A stretch of DNA of 63,264 bases, filler included, from Sluysia triapertura (GCA_046118255.1; 4 parts of 4 records of this genome joined end to end with filler, not necessarily neighbours in it), one strand, 5' to 3'. Counted from the first letter of the whole stretch, positions 37,067-50,747 are shown. Notes: a model not told the origin generated them from the letters alone. Numbers and translations: made by a program.

Positions 37067-38610
37067 GCATTCTGTTTATTTTTTATTCATTTAATGTAAC
37101 TTTTTTATTTACGAATAAATTTTTTATTACGAATAAAATTTTGAGTTACGAATGAATTTTGAGTTAATACCATAAATTTTTTGTATGCCTCAATTAATGT
37201 TCTGTCTGTGTCTGGATTGGTTGTCCAACCAAAATTATAACAATAGTAACATTAAAAGGAAATCAGTGACAGATGAGCTACCATCAATGTTGATGAAAAT
37301 TTTAACACAGTGATCAGCAATGTAAACATTGATAAATTAATGTTTAAAATAATGAATAAATAAATGATAATAATAATAACAATAACAATATTATTATCAA
37401 CACTGTTAAAAACGCATAAGTTCCTTGTTTCTTAGCTTAACATGATCTTTCTTTTCTTACATTTAAAAATTAAAAATAATGGAGATTACAAATGATACTA
37501 ATAATAAAAATGATAATAATAACAATAATGCAATGTTATTGTTATTATTATTATAGACACATAAATTCTTTAAAATCTTAAAGTTTACAGTTTAATATTT
37601 CTTGACATATTTGAATCTTACAAACTTAAATAACTGTTATTATCTTGTGATTCTAGACATTTATGATTTGAGATGTTTTAAATTAGATTTAAATGTATAC
37701 TTGGTGTTTTACGGTGGTTATAATGCTGTATGATAAGGTGTAGAATGTTTACAATGAATTTTTGGATACTAATTAATGTCTCTGACTGTAGGTGAGCTTG
37801 AGTATTGAAAAGTTATGATTTAATTATTTTGAAATAACATGAGTGTTTAAAATGATGATAGATGCACATTGGAGTTTTGAATGAAAGTAATGTTTAGATG
37901 TTAGAATTGAATGATAACAGATCATGAATTTAGAATGTTTGAATTAATTTGAAGGTGTCCGGTAGTTAATTTCGAATGTGGTTGTAGTTGAATTGTTATG
38001 CAATGACGAATGAAATATTTTTGATGAATTTTTTAAATGTAACTTGATGGTTTTGAATGTCATTATGGTTTCTATGTTATAAGATTGTGGATTTAAAATG
38101 TTTTGAAAGATGGGAGTTGATTTTGGTGGATCTGAAAAGAAATAAGATATAGAAACGGTTGTGACGAATTTTAAAAGGTTGTTGTGTGGTGTTGAAATGG
38201 ATGATTTTAGTTATATTGAATTAGGATTATATAAAAAATGTTTTAAATGAATTTTAAAGTGTATATTGTATATTTTGAAAGTTTATGTGGTTTTGAAATG
38301 TTTCGAATATATTTTTTAATAAAATTTGTTAGAATTAATTGGCTGGCCGCCGCAATATGCTTCAAAATTTTTAATTAAAAATGGTGTAATTGAATTGTTA
38401 GACTGGTACTATAGAGGTTTTCGAGAGCGAGAAAGTTCGTATAATGAAGTCTAACAATATACTATCGAATATAACTTAAGCTTTTAAAATGAATTTTACA
38501 TATCATATTTTAGATAAATACACTTTATGAATGATAGGTATAAGATAAACTTCATATTCGACGTATATATTGAAAATATTACGAATTGTGTATTTATTGT
38601 TTTTTTACAG

Positions 38611-41600
38611 ACTAGTGGCAGATTATTGTTATGTATTTGTAACAATTTCCCGGATTATTTCATCGACCTATTATTAGATCGAGTTCTTCGTGAATTAACA
38701 AGTAGCAAGTTCCTGGAACCTACAATTGTACAAATCGGAATAATGAATACTCAAGACAAGTATTTATATAACAAACAATTACTCGATTCATTGCCAACGT
38801 ATGAACAAAGTAGTGCTAATATTAAACGTGAAAATAAAAACTATTCTTATAAAGAACAATTAGCGGAATTGGAATTAGTAAAAGAAATAGAAGAATTAAA
38901 AAAGAAAAATTTTAAACGTCAACAACATCAGTCTGATAATCCTATTGAATTAATTGCTAATCAACTTACCAAGCATCAAAGGGATCAAATCAGTGATGAA
39001 TTAGCTAAAGAAAAATTGATTCGAGAACGAATGAAAACCATTGAAATAAATTTCAATTCATTATGTCAAATAATTGAATCTATATTGATGACTCGGAAAG
39101 ATTGTTTATTAAATCACTATTATAAATTAATAGATTTAATTCATAAATTAATTGACCAATCAGAAATCGGTCGTATTAAAGCTTCTTTATTGTGGTTAAA
39201 GGTAGGTGAACAGTTAACTGGATTTGTAATGCATGATTTAACTCTAAATTTACGTATTCTTTTATTAGATAGTGAAATATTTCAAAATAACATAAAACCG
39301 AATTGGCAAAACAACCCAAACCTAATAAAATTGTTATCAGAAACTATGAAATATTGTGATGAAAATTTAGAATCATCTATAATAAAGTTTATTAGTCAAA
39401 AATTGAATAATCAAACATTAGATTTTCAATCGTTTCTTTATTTATTACCAACAATATCAAAATTATCAGTTGCATTATTTAGCGATATTTATCGAAACAA
39501 TGAGGGCAAATATTTGAAATGGATTGATTATGATTTGTTAACTCAATTGATGAAATGGTTAAACCATCAATTAAAAACAAGTCGTGATTTGATTGGATGG
39601 CAATTATTAAAAGGTTTTGATGTAACAAAAATATTAGTTCTTTGTTTAAATAATTGTGAAGATTTTAATTTACAAAACTATTTAGAAAAAATATTTAAAC
39701 AATTTATTAAGTTATTTAATGAAGCAATCAAAGAAAAATTAATATGTTTGACAGATACGGATATATTTAAAAATTTATGTGACTGTTTAATGTCTCATAT
39801 TGATAATGCTCGATTGATTGGTTTGGAATGCTTAGCCTTAATTGATAATTTAAAAAACAATTCAGATTATTTAAATGAATTGTCATTGAATTTTTGGATT
39901 CTTAGGTTTGATGATGTAGAAGAAGTACGAGAAAAATCTCACCAATTATCATTGCAATTCGGTTTACAACCGACCATGGAAATATGGAACCAGCTGATGG
40001 AAAATACAGTTTCGAAAAATAATAAAATTAGTGATTCTTCTGTAAAAGCATTGATTCAATTAGTGAACTTGTTCCACGATTTATTACCAAGTTCTTTAGA
40101 TTGGTCAATTACACGGTATCATAAATTATTATTTCGTGAACCAGCAGTTTATGATACTGTAGGTCGATTACTGAAACCAGAACAAGAAGACCAGTGGAGG
40201 ATTCGAATTGGAACTGGCAAATCTTTATTTGCACTCGCTGAAGTTATAACAGAATTTGTTCTCATTGAAAAACTGTTCCAATTTTTAGTTAATCATGGAT
40301 TGAATGATATTAATGTTGAAATTCGACAATTAATGTTAAAATGTGGTAATACAGTTATTAAAAATGTTGGTAGAGAACATATGAGTTACTTTTTGGAATT
40401 ATTTGATGGTTATCTTAAGCAAAACAATTCTAAAGATGTCATAAAAGAATGTGTAGTGGTTTTGTTAGGTAATCTAGCAGGTCACCTGGACGTTAATGAT
40501 GATAGATTTTCTAAAATATTTGGTCAATTGATTTTGACTTTGTCATCAAATAGCGAAGAGGTTCAAAAAGCCGTTTCTGAAGCATTGGAGCAATTAGTTA
40601 AACGATATGAAGTAGAAAAACAACAGGCTATCTGTACCGACTTTTTAGATGTTATTTTTACTAAAACTAATAAAGCCCAATCGCGTGGTGCAGCATATGG
40701 GTTAGCGGGTGCTCTGAAATCTGTGGGAATTACCAAACTAAAGTCATTTCACATCCAAGACAAATTGTTACTAGCAATCGAAGATCGTAAAAATGAACAT
40801 GGTCGTGAAATGGTTCTGTTTACTTATGAACAAATTAGTTGTAAAATGGGTAAATTATTCGAACCGTATGTACCTGGATTTTTAAAACAACTTCAAGATG
40901 CCTTTGGAGATCAAAGTCCAACGGTTCGTAAAGCAGCTGATCGAACTGCTAAAACAATTATGGCTAATTTGACCGCTCCAGGTGTGAAGATTATTTTAAA
41001 TCCTTTATTGGAAGGTTTACAGTCAAATCAATGGCGCACAAAAGCGATAAGTGCAGAAATGCTTGGTAATATGAGCCACTGTGCTCCAAAACAACTCTCC
41101 AATTGCTTACCGACTATAGTACCAAAAATACTCAATGTACTATCGGACTCCCATCCGAATGTTGTTAAAGCAGGCCAAGATGCGTTGCGAAAAATTGGAT
41201 CTGTGATTCAAAACAAAGAAATGCAAGTAATCGTCCCTGTTGTTATAGAAGCATTATGTGATCCTAAAACTAAAACCGACACAGGATTAGATATTTTAAT
41301 TCAAACAAAATTTATTCATAAAGTGGATCCAGCTTCATTGGCATTAATGATGTCTATGGTTACTCGAGCTTTTAGAAGAGAAAGACGATCCGAAACTAAA
41401 CGCAAGGCAGCTCAGATTATAGCCAATCTTCATTCATTAACAGATGATAAAGATTTACAGCCTTATTGTAGCGATGTATTACCAGGTTTACAAAACTGTT
41501 TAACTGATTCGGAACCCTATGTTCGAACTGTTGCTAGTATTGCTCTAGGTACAATAGCTAAGGTAATGGCTGTTTCAACTTATAAAGAATTATTGGATTG

Positions 41601-41768
41601 GCTAATGCTGACTTTAAAAGATGATTCAAATGCTGTTAATAGAGCAGGCGCAGCTCAAGGTTTAAGTGAAGTTATGGCAAAGAAAGGATTTAATGATTTA
41701 GTAACAATTATGCCTGATATTATAGAAAATTCGAGTAATACAGAACTTATGCCATATGTTCGACATGG
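38611..41768 (+). CDS. GCN1: eIF2-alpha kinase activator GCN1, first exon visible (internal exon)
   Basis: ttttttacag|ACT acceptor, GG|gttagt donor. HEAT-repeat motifs YSYKEQLAELEL, RGAAYGLAG, FEPYV, WRTK...LGNMSHCAPKQLSNCLPTIVP, RAGAAQGLSEV. Confidence 0.95.
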
Positions 41769-41986
41769 GTTAGTTTTGTGTTTACGAATTATTGCTCTTT
41801 AAAATTTTTATTACTTTTAAAATTATTTATACAATACTTTCTAATAAAATTAGTTTTATTAATTTGAAATGTTTTACTGGCTGCACTGTGCGACCAAAAT
41901 TATCAAGTTATAAATTATTTATGTAAATATAAGTGTAAAATCATTACCTAATTCACTATAAGTTATTGAAAAAAACATTTTTTTAG

Positions 41987-42506
41987 ATATTTACGTCTGT
42001 ACATTCATTTACCTCGATTATTTCAAGAAGAATTTGCAGGTTATGTTCCAAAAATATTACCTGCAGTTTTACAAGCTCTTTCCGACGAAGCAGAGTATGT
42101 TCGTGAAACAGCTCTTGAAGCAGCTATCGGCATAATAGAAATATATTCTCACATTGCATTAGATACGATGCTTCCGAATTTGGAAGCCGGATTATTAGAT
42201 GAAAACTGGCGAATTCGTGATTCAAGTATCAAGTTGCTTGGCAAATTGCTATTCCGACTCCTGGGAATTAGTGGTAAAGGTACTACTTTGGGAACAAGTG
42301 ATGATGACACATTCGCACAATCCGATGATCAAAAGGCAATTAGTGAAAGTATCGGTCAACAACATTTCAATTATTTGTTGGCCAGACTGTATTTAGCAAG
42401 AATGGATAATACACACAGTGTGAAGCAAGAAGCCATACACATTTGGAAATTAGTTGTTCACAATACAGTTCGTACGTTAAGAGAAATTCTACCCGAAATG
42501 ATGGAG
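41987..42506 (+). CDS. GCN1: GCN1 exon
   Basis: ttttag|A completes the phase-2 Gly (VRHG-YLRLY). Encodes ALSDEAEYVRETAL...DENWRIRDSSIKLLG...HIWKLVVHNTVRTLREILP. Donor GAG|gttgga. Confidence 0.95.
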
Positions 42507-42670
42507 GTTGGAAAAAATTTTGCTACTGAAATTATTTTAAATTATTGATAAACTTTAACTTCATATTTTATATTTAATGTGTCATGTAATTTTAATACAT
42601 CAAACAGAGAATATGAACTGAATTTGACTCAATCATTCCTTAATTATTATTGAACAATTTTATATTTTAG

Positions 42671-45220
42671 GTTATTATGCAATGTCTATCTGGAGCGCAT
42701 GGTGATGATAACAAGGTTATGGCCACTGCTACACTGATGGATATTGTAAAAAAAGTTGGAGAGCGAAGCATTCCAGATATATTCGATAGTTTGATAAAAA
42801 TGTTTAATGAATGCCAACATGAACACAGAATAGGAGTTTGTAATGCAATTGCATCGATTCTTAGAGTGTGTAAAGATGATGTTCATGGTTACATTGGAAC
42901 TGTAATGCCAGTTTTTCGTGAATGCATTTGTGACGAAGATGAAGAAATTCGAATTGTTGCAGTGCAGTTATTCGATTCTATGCATCGTGCACTTGGTCAC
43001 AAATTGCTTGAAATGGTTTTACCGAAGCTAATTGAGAAATTGCGCGTGTCGTCAGAATTTACGCATGACAGTGATGATAGTGATGTTAATTATGACTGTG
43101 AATCTGAAACAAATAAAGAAGAGGAGGATGCCTTGGGTGCATTGTGTACTTTAGTTTCACAACGTCCCAAATTAATTTTACCTTCATTAATACAACGTCT
43201 TACTAGCCCCACAGTGTATACTCATGCACTTTCGTTTCTTGCGCGCGAAGTCGGTGAATGCATTGGTAATTATGTGATTACAGCGATTCCAGTTTTATTG
43301 GATGCAGTTTCTAACAGAATAGGACAAACCGATGAATCTAAAGAAGTGGAAAATTGTTGCCAAGTGTTTTTAGCTATGAAAGTGGAGCGACATATGATAT
43401 TGTCAATATTACGTGAATTGCAAAATTTTATGTCGCCTGAGAAATGCTATACTAATCAAATAGCCGCATTGGAAATTCTAGGAAAATTTATTATAGGATT
43501 AAGTGACGAGTCGACATCTTTAAATGACGACGATGAAAGTGATGAATATGATGATGATGATAGTGATTATGAAATGGATGGAATTCCAGTTCCTTTAAAT
43601 AAATGTAATGCGCTTCTTAATTACATTCCAAATCTTTATAGATCTGTTATAAAACTCTTTATTAGTTCAAATAAGCAAGTCTTAATTTCAGCATTTGATT
43701 GTTTTGTTAATATTAATAAAGCTCTTGGTGACAAAAATATCGAATACGTTAAAGACATTCGAGATAGTTTGTTAGCAGTTATTCGAGAAAAGTCAAACAA
43801 CTCGATAAATTGGCAGCGTTTGCCAGTGAAAATTGACGCTTTCTGTTTGGAAGAACGCGATATTGTTCCTTTAACAGATTTGTATAAAGATGCTTTATTA
43901 AATGGACGTTCTGAATTGAAAGACGTTGCTGCCGGTGGAATAGACGATTGTTTATATGTTTCAAGTGATGAATCTATTGCTAAAGCTTCTGTGAAAATTG
44001 CAGGTCCAATAATTCGAACGATGAGTGATCGTCATTCTTATTCTACACGTGCACATATTGTTTCAAGTCTTGGTAAGTTGGTAGAAAAATGCTCCGTCAA
44101 AATCAAATTATTCCATACGCAGATTGTAGCCATTTTGATTCGTTCGTTGCACGAACCGAATAATTATCTCCGTTATAAATCTGAAGTCGCACTGAGTCAA
44201 TTAATTCCAGTTTATCCCAAGCCAGACAATTTATTTCGAGATTTAATAAAACAAGAACTGTCCGATGTTAATCAATATAAATCGAGTGGTTATGAAGCTA
44301 TTCGTATGTGTATAGAAGCCGCACCACTTGGAAAATTGAGTGACGAAACATTGGATTTGGCTTTGCAGACATTTGTTGAATTATTATCCGATAAAGATGA
44401 TCAAATACGAACAATTTCAGCTGCAATTGTTGGTTGTGGACTTATTAAATTGTCTAAGGAAATTGAAATATGTCATAAACTTGGCCGCATTTTAGAAACA
44501 AGTGCTTCATCGATTCTACAGAAACATGCATTTGCTGTAATGCTAATGATTATGTGCAAGGTTGATTCCGAACGAATATTAAAATGTTCCGAACTGAGGA
44601 AAATGATTCGCGGAAGTATACTGGATGCTTGTAAAAGTGATAAAATTTTCATTGCAACTAGTGGTTTAAGAGGATTAGCATTTTTTACTAAATACGCTTT
44701 GGCCAATAATGATTCGGTTCTGCTATCCGAACTTATGAGTCAAATATATAAATACGGTTGGAATAATCAATTAAACAGTGTAGATTTGAAAGAGTTGGTT
44801 TTGGATATTTGTTCATTCATATGCTGGCAAGACGATGAGGAAGCTAGCAAAGTGCTTCTTTATGCTCAAACGATTATCAATTACTTGATCAGTGGCTATA
44901 GATCCAAAGAAAACATATTAAAGATTAAAGGTGAGCGAGTCATACTGGATTTGGTGCGATTGTCAATTAATCGCCGACAAATAAGTATAACTTCATCAGA
45001 TTCGAATTATGTCATTCCGGGTGGGAAAGTAATTGATGATCGGGTTTATAAACTAGTTTTGAATGCTTTGGATGCCCCAAGTAAGTTGGTATTACAAGAA
45101 GTGACTGGGAAATTCAAAAAATCGATTTCTTCGAATATTAATGTCAAGGAACATGTCACATATTGTCCTCAGTTAGACAATACTTTTAATCCGATTCCGA
45201 GTTCCGCTGACATGTTTTGA
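42671..45220 (+). CDS. GCN1: GCN1 terminal exon
   Basis: ttttag|GTT phase 0. HEAT repeats and KIAGPIIRTMSDR (cf. ITGPLIR..G(D/E)R, the GCN2-binding region). Stop at 45220 with AATAAA near 45278. Confidence 0.93.
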   Translation, partial: VIMQCLSGAHGDDNKVMATATLMDIVKKVGERSIPDIFDSLIKMFNECQHEHRIGVCNAIASILRVCKDDVHGYIGTVMPVFRECICDEDEEIRIVAVQLFDSMHRALGHKLLEMVLPKLIEKLRVSSEFTHDSDDSDVNYDCESETNKEEEDALGALCTLVSQRPKLILPSLIQRLTSPTVYTHALSFLAREVGECIGNYVITAIPVLLDAVSNRIGQTDESKEVENCCQVFLAMKVERHMILSILRELQNFMSPEKCYTNQIAALEILGKFIIGLSDESTSLNDDDESDEYDDDDSDYEMDGIPVPLNKCNALLNYIPNLYRSVIKLFISSNKQVLISAFDCFVNINKALGDKNIEYVKDIRDSLLAVIREKSNNSINWQRLPVKIDAFCLEERDIVPLTDLYKDALLNGRSELKDVAAGGIDDCLYVSSDESIAKASVKIAGPIIRTMSDRHSYSTRAHIVSSLGKLVEKCSVKIKLFHTQIVAILIRSLHEPNNYLRYKSEVALSQLIPVYPKPDNLFRDLIKQELSDVNQYKSSGYEAIRMCIEAAPLGKLSDETLDLALQTFVELLSDKDDQIRTISAAIVGCGLIKLSKEIEICHKLGRILETSASSILQKHAFAVMLMIMCKVDSERILKCSELRKMIRGSILDACKSDKIFIATSGLRGLAFFTKYALANNDSVLLSELMSQIYKYGWNNQLNSVDLKELVLDICSFICWQDDEEASKVLLYAQTIINYLISGYRSKENILKIKGERVILDLVRLSINRRQISITSSDSNYVIPGGKVIDDRVYKLVLNALDAPSKLVLQEVTGKFKKSISSNINVKEHVTYCPQLDNTFNPIPSSADMF

Positions 45221-47879
45221 TTTTATGGAATTGAAAATGACAATTTATATTTAAAAACTTGTTTCGGTTCAGATTGAATAAATTTTTTAATTTTGGAATA
45301 CATAAATTAATTTGTAATTTTATTTTTTTAATTTATCATTTATTAAAATAATAACCAATTCGATGATAATCTAAAATTATCATTTTGCTTTTCTAATGTC
45401 GATGTTTGAATAGTATGATAATTTTGTAAATATTTATGCAACACGTAAATAAAGTTTGGTGTATAACTAATATAATCACTTAAACCGACTTTTATGTAAT
45501 TAGAGTATCCAATATAAACTATCCAAATTATTATCTAGTATAATGCATGCATTCAAAATTAATGTTACTTTTTTCAAATAAGAAAAGCGTACTATGTAAG
45601 AGACAATGCTTTGTAAAGTATTTCCTGCTAAGATTGTTATTGAATTAATTTTCCAATTCAATTATGAAACAAATTCTATATGACGAATACTTGTTAACAC
45701 TAAAGTTCATTATTTTTATTGGAATACTCTAATTTTCTTCAGTGTTGCGTTTATTCCAAAATTGTCACTTGGTCTAAAGTTATTTTATAAAACATATTTT
45801 TACTAAATTTATGCCTTAACGTTTTAAAGGTTTAAAAATAAACGTAAAGGCTAATGTCTCATTACCAACTTTATTATAAGCTATTTATCCTATTATTTAA
45901 TATTAATTTCGCAATTTATATAGCTTTTATAATTAATTTTTTTACTATGTTCAGATATGTTAGATTATATTTATAAGTCCTTGTTTTGTGCTTTATCGAA
46001 TTTTATAATTTCGAGGGCTTTTTGATGTTATGAAATCATTTACTAAAGTAATGTTTAAAGCACGTTAATTCATACTTTAACATTAAAATAATTGTATCTA
46101 AAAGAGAAAGATAAAGGTTTTTTATCACAAACATGTATAACAAAGGATAGGGAATTTTAAACATGTTTGAACTAATTCGAAATTTTAGACGTGATTCATT
46201 AGTCAGCACAGAATCTTCTCGTTTGATCTTTAAGCAGCTCTTTATTACTTAGGAATTGCATTTCTTATACAAAATATAAAAATAGCTTAGTATAATTGCT
46301 AAAAGCTTCGAATGAATTTATTAAATTGATTTTTTACTGTACAAGTGTCTATCTTCCAAACATCCAATGCATGATATCATTTGATTTGCAAGAATTTTAA
46401 CACAAAAAATGCTAAAACTTAAAATTGTGCATCTTGAAATGAATTATCAATTGATCCTGTAATTTGCATTTCATTATATCGATGATCCATAACTGTGAAA
46501 GGAACAGCATTCTTTTTTGTTTGAGATCAACTGCTCAAATAAAAAATAATAATTATTTTGGTACAATGAAGAATGCAATTTGTGTTCACTATATTGTCTC
46601 AAAAGAGACTTAAATTTTTTTAGTATTCAATGATTCATTTAAAATTCTTAAATTTAAAATTTAAAATTTTCTAGTTTTGTAAAAATGCATACGTAATAAT
46701 AATAATTTCACAAGAATATTAAAATATTAAAAATGAAATATATATAGGGGTTTTAGAATAAGTATAAGAATAAAGTAAGTATCACTGAGGAAATAAGATA
46801 AAGCATTACGACGAATTGTGCTAATGGAAAAAGTCTAAAATACTTAAAGCTAAATAAAAGAAAGATACGAAGAAAAGACCATTATACGGCTTTATTCGAT
46901 ATAGTACATATGTTGCGTCTTTAAAACTTGTTAAATATTAAACTCACTATCATTATCTTGTTCAGTTTAAATCTTAATAATTTCAATAGTTAGTACATCA
47001 AGTATAATTTTATTATGTTTTACCTTTGTAATTATAACGAAAACTATTATCCCAAATTCAAGTCTTTGAAATCAAAATCAAAACTAAATCGATATTGTAT
47101 TATTTAAACAAAAATTCGTAATACAACTTGTTAATAATGCAAGTCTTTACTAAACGCTGATAATCACTCAAATGACAAAATGAGAATAATGTTTATAATA
47201 AATTAAAAACACTACAATCCAGACAAAACAACCAGGAGTGACGCAACAACCAAAAAGAATTAGATATACAGAAAGTTTAGAATAATAATCTTAAATCAAA
47301 ATAATTTAAATAAAAATAAAATAATTTTGGAAAAGCGTGGTCTCTAAACTCACTTTGAAATGTAAATAAAGTTTAGTATAAACGCATCAATCAATTAATA
47401 AGTAAACCGTTAATAAACGCATTCAGTTAAATCAGGAAAATCAAAGTTCGAATTATATTTAACTATAATTATTTTGAAAAAATACGAATAATTAATAAGC
47501 TTAATTATATTTAAGAATTATTTTGAAAAAATTTATGAAAATTTAAATTCTTGGAAATTATAAATTTTAATTATTTCGGATTTATGAAAATTAATTATTT
47601 CGGATTTATGAAAATTTAAATTATTTTGTCATCATCATCCAGGTTTGTAATTCATTAATTTAATACTTTGATATTTTGTATTATTATTAAAATTCATAAA
47701 TAAATTTAAAATAAAAATTATAAAAATATTAAATTAAAATCATTTGTTTTATTCTTTCAACATTCTGTTTTGTTCAAGGCCATTCTACATAAATATAAAA
47801 GCAGACGCGTTAACTTCCACAATCTCAATTTCTTACTCAACAAGTTATATAATTTTTTCGATTTCCTTTTTACTTGGAA

Positions 47880-47980
47880 GAGCTGTTATCTATATTCGTG
47901 AACACAACTGCACTAGCTGTTATCCATATTCGTAAAAAAAAACAACTGCACTCGCTGTTATCCATATTCGTGAAAACAAT
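47880..47980. repeat. Short tandem repeat (about 35-38 bp unit)
   Basis: GCTGTTATC(C/T)ATATTCGT(G/A)AA occurs three times, two copies preceded by ACAACTGCACT. Confidence 0.8.
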
Positions 47981-48135
47981 TATCTGGAATTCTGTCTTGA
48001 TTAATTGTCGTTAGTTTTTTGATCGTAAGCTTACCGCAATTTTTAAGATTGCATTTTTAAACTCGCACTTAAACTATATTTTTAATTAAATCGCTATCTT
48101 TTATTGATAGCAAAGTAACATAACTTTTAACTTTT

Positions 48136-48235
48136 NNNNNNNNNNNNNNNNNNNNNNNNNNNNNNNNNNNNNNNNNNNNTTAATTAATTAANNNNNNNNN
48201 NNNNNNNNNNNNNNNNNNNNNNNNNNNNNNNNNNN
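48136..48235. other. Assembly linker gap (44N + TTAATTAATTAA + 44N)
   Basis: Same linker as above. Confidence 0.97.

Positions 48236-48306
<71 letters not shown>
48236..48306. repeat. (TAA)n microsatellite at contig edge
   Basis: Direct trinucleotide run. Confidence 0.95.
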
Positions 48307-48307
<1 letters not shown>

Positions 48308-48673
48308 TGACGTGAATTTAGTGCCATACTTTGGAATTATGTAATAAAATAAAATTTATTTTGTCATTGAACTATTTGATATTGACTTTTTGCGAATTAT
48401 TCTTTACATTATTACTCCAACATTTTGATTGGTTGAAAGGTGGTAATAATTGGATAAATTTAGAATTTTGTGTAACAATGTTATTGACAAAATAAACTTA
48501 TCAATATTTATTTTCGTCATGCTTTTGTGACATTATGCGACCAGAACCACTTTAAAATAAATCATGATTGTCATAAATTTAAGATTTTAATTATTATAAA
48601 AGCACACAATCATATTTTCTATATAATCACATTATTACATAATTACAATACTGACATACACACACTGCACATA

Positions 48674-49111
48674 CAGTGGTGGCCAAATTATTAGACTAAA
48701 ATAAAAAAAATATGTTTCTTTGGTTTTCTTAATATTTATATCCTGGCCCGGACACGAATCCAGTAGAACATTTGTGGGAGAGTCAAAATGAGAGTTTCTA
48801 CTCATAAACCAACACCAGGACGACGGGACTTATTGAAACCCTGATAAAAGTATGGTATCACCATGACGAGATTAAATACTTGTGCTCCAAGCTCATCCGT
48901 GGCATGCCCTTAAGGATCAGGAAATAAAAATAAAATAGTTGTGATACAACAGTTTGTGCATATTTGATTTGTGTTGGATTTCACTATTTTTTTGATGAAA
49001 GTAGTTATTATCCAACATTTTACAGTTTTCATTAATAGTTTCATAGTATCCTTAAAAATGTTGAATTTTATCACAAAAATGCTCTCTAGTCTAATAATTT
49101 CGCCACCACTC
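48674..49111 (+). mobile_element. Complete non-autonomous Tc1 element (438 bp)
   Basis: TA TSDs and 25-bp TIRs CAGTGGTGGCCAAATTATTAGACTA (23 of 25 match). Internal PDTNPVEHLW and KLIRGMPLRI. Homologous to 21566-22025. Confidence 0.92.
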
Positions 49112-49252
49112 TATTCATTTTCATTTCTACAATGTTCTCATCTTGTTCTTCATTTCTTATCTTGACTCGCTTATGCAAAGCGTTTTGAATTGAAAGAAAC
49201 TAATGATTCCACATCCGAAAGCAATATCAGTATTATAATTTAGAAAACTAAC

Positions 49253-49348
49253 CTTCCAACCGTCTAACCATATTGGGCTTGATATTCTGCTATTGAAGTC
49301 GAGAGTGGTAAAGAAGTAAGGTCGATCGTAGGTCATACATGGCTTAGG
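49253..49348 (-). CDS. Uncharacterised multi-exon protein, visible exon 6
   Basis: tttttag|CCT...AAG|gttagt, 96 nt, phase 0/0: PKPCMTYDRPYFFTTLDFNSRISSPIWLDGWK. Confidence 0.8.
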
Positions 49349-49384
49349 CTAAAAATAAAAATATAAAAAATGAAATTAATTTAA

Positions 49385-49445
<61 letters not shown>
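49385..49445. repeat. (ATT)n microsatellite
   Basis: Direct trinucleotide run. Confidence 0.95.
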
Positions 49446-49446
<1 letters not shown>

Positions 49447-50698
49447 AATCCTATATTTATGTATTTGTGTTCGTGTATGTGTGTATCATTCTTTTTCAGA
49501 AATGCATTGTCGCAGAAAGTATTCAATTTTTGAATTAGTAATTCATTATATGGACTCAAAATTCGAATAATCGAGCATAAATCTGATGAATATGAGTATT
49601 AAAGCCAAGAATACATTTATTTATTTAATTAAAATTGAATATTTTATCGCTTTATAGTATGTTAAGTCACTTTATGCGTGTATAAATTATATCAATCTAG
49701 TTGGTTTGCCTTATTTCTGAACTTGTCTGTGATGATATAAATGGAAATGCAATTTTATGAAATTTATAAAAACAAAGATATCAGAAATCGTGTGAATGTG
49801 TCACTACTGTACAGTGAATATATCATACATACATTGTTTTCTACCAATACTATATTATTTCCAATAAATTTTTCAATTCCATTAAAATTTCATCTTTTTT
49901 CTTCCGCAATATTGGTATGGCCATATTATAACTTATTATTCTATTACACACATACATGTGTTTGCTATTTTTCATTTCTATTTTATTTTTATTTATGGTC
50001 ATTATACAATGTTGCGTTCTCACTCTTAACTTAACATCAAGCAAAATAAATTTTGAGAGGGTTAGGTTCCGTTACACACGTAACTAAAATTAGATTATGT
50101 AGCATGAGATTATATAAAATGTATTGTCAGAAAGTTATGTTAATTTACGTGTTTTAATTATTACAATTCTTCCCTTAATGTACTCTAAACCTCAATTAGT
50201 TACAATAACTAATTATTTATACAAACAGTATCAACGCAAAATTTCATATTAATATTTTTATCAAACTTGAAATAAAACTTTATAAAATCATTATAATAAA
50301 ATGTATTAATTTTAAAATTGAGGCCTTGTTGTCACTTAACTGAATTAATTAAATTTTAATGAGATTTTAACCCTAATTAAATCAGGTTTTTGAAAATTTC
50401 TGTTAAAATGTTTTTAACTTTATACTTAGCTCCTAATAAGAGTAAAACTGTCAAATAAAACTAAAACTTACAAAGTTTAAATGAACTGTATAAAAATTTT
50501 GAAATTCTGACTGAAAAGAATCAGTATTTATACTTATTTGTGTTTTTAAAATACTTATTACAAATAAAAATTATTCTATTTATAGTACTCATTATTGTGA
50601 ATAACGAAAATATTAACTTTTTGAAAAAATTAAATATTAACGTATTTCACTTTCTCACTAAGGTGAATAAGTAATCTATTACTTTATTATAATGTTGA

Positions 50699-50747
<49 letters not shown>
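50699..50747. repeat. (ATT)n microsatellite
   Basis: Direct trinucleotide run. Confidence 0.95.

Noticed and set aside
38527-38610. ATG start of the 1091-aa ORF
   Set aside because: It lies in intron-like sequence ahead of a strong acceptor at 38610; GCN1 similarity is to an internal region.
42686-44706. Short antisense ORFs within GCN1 (66, 61 and 77 aa)
   Set aside because: Shadow ORFs on the opposite strand of a real exon, with no independent support.
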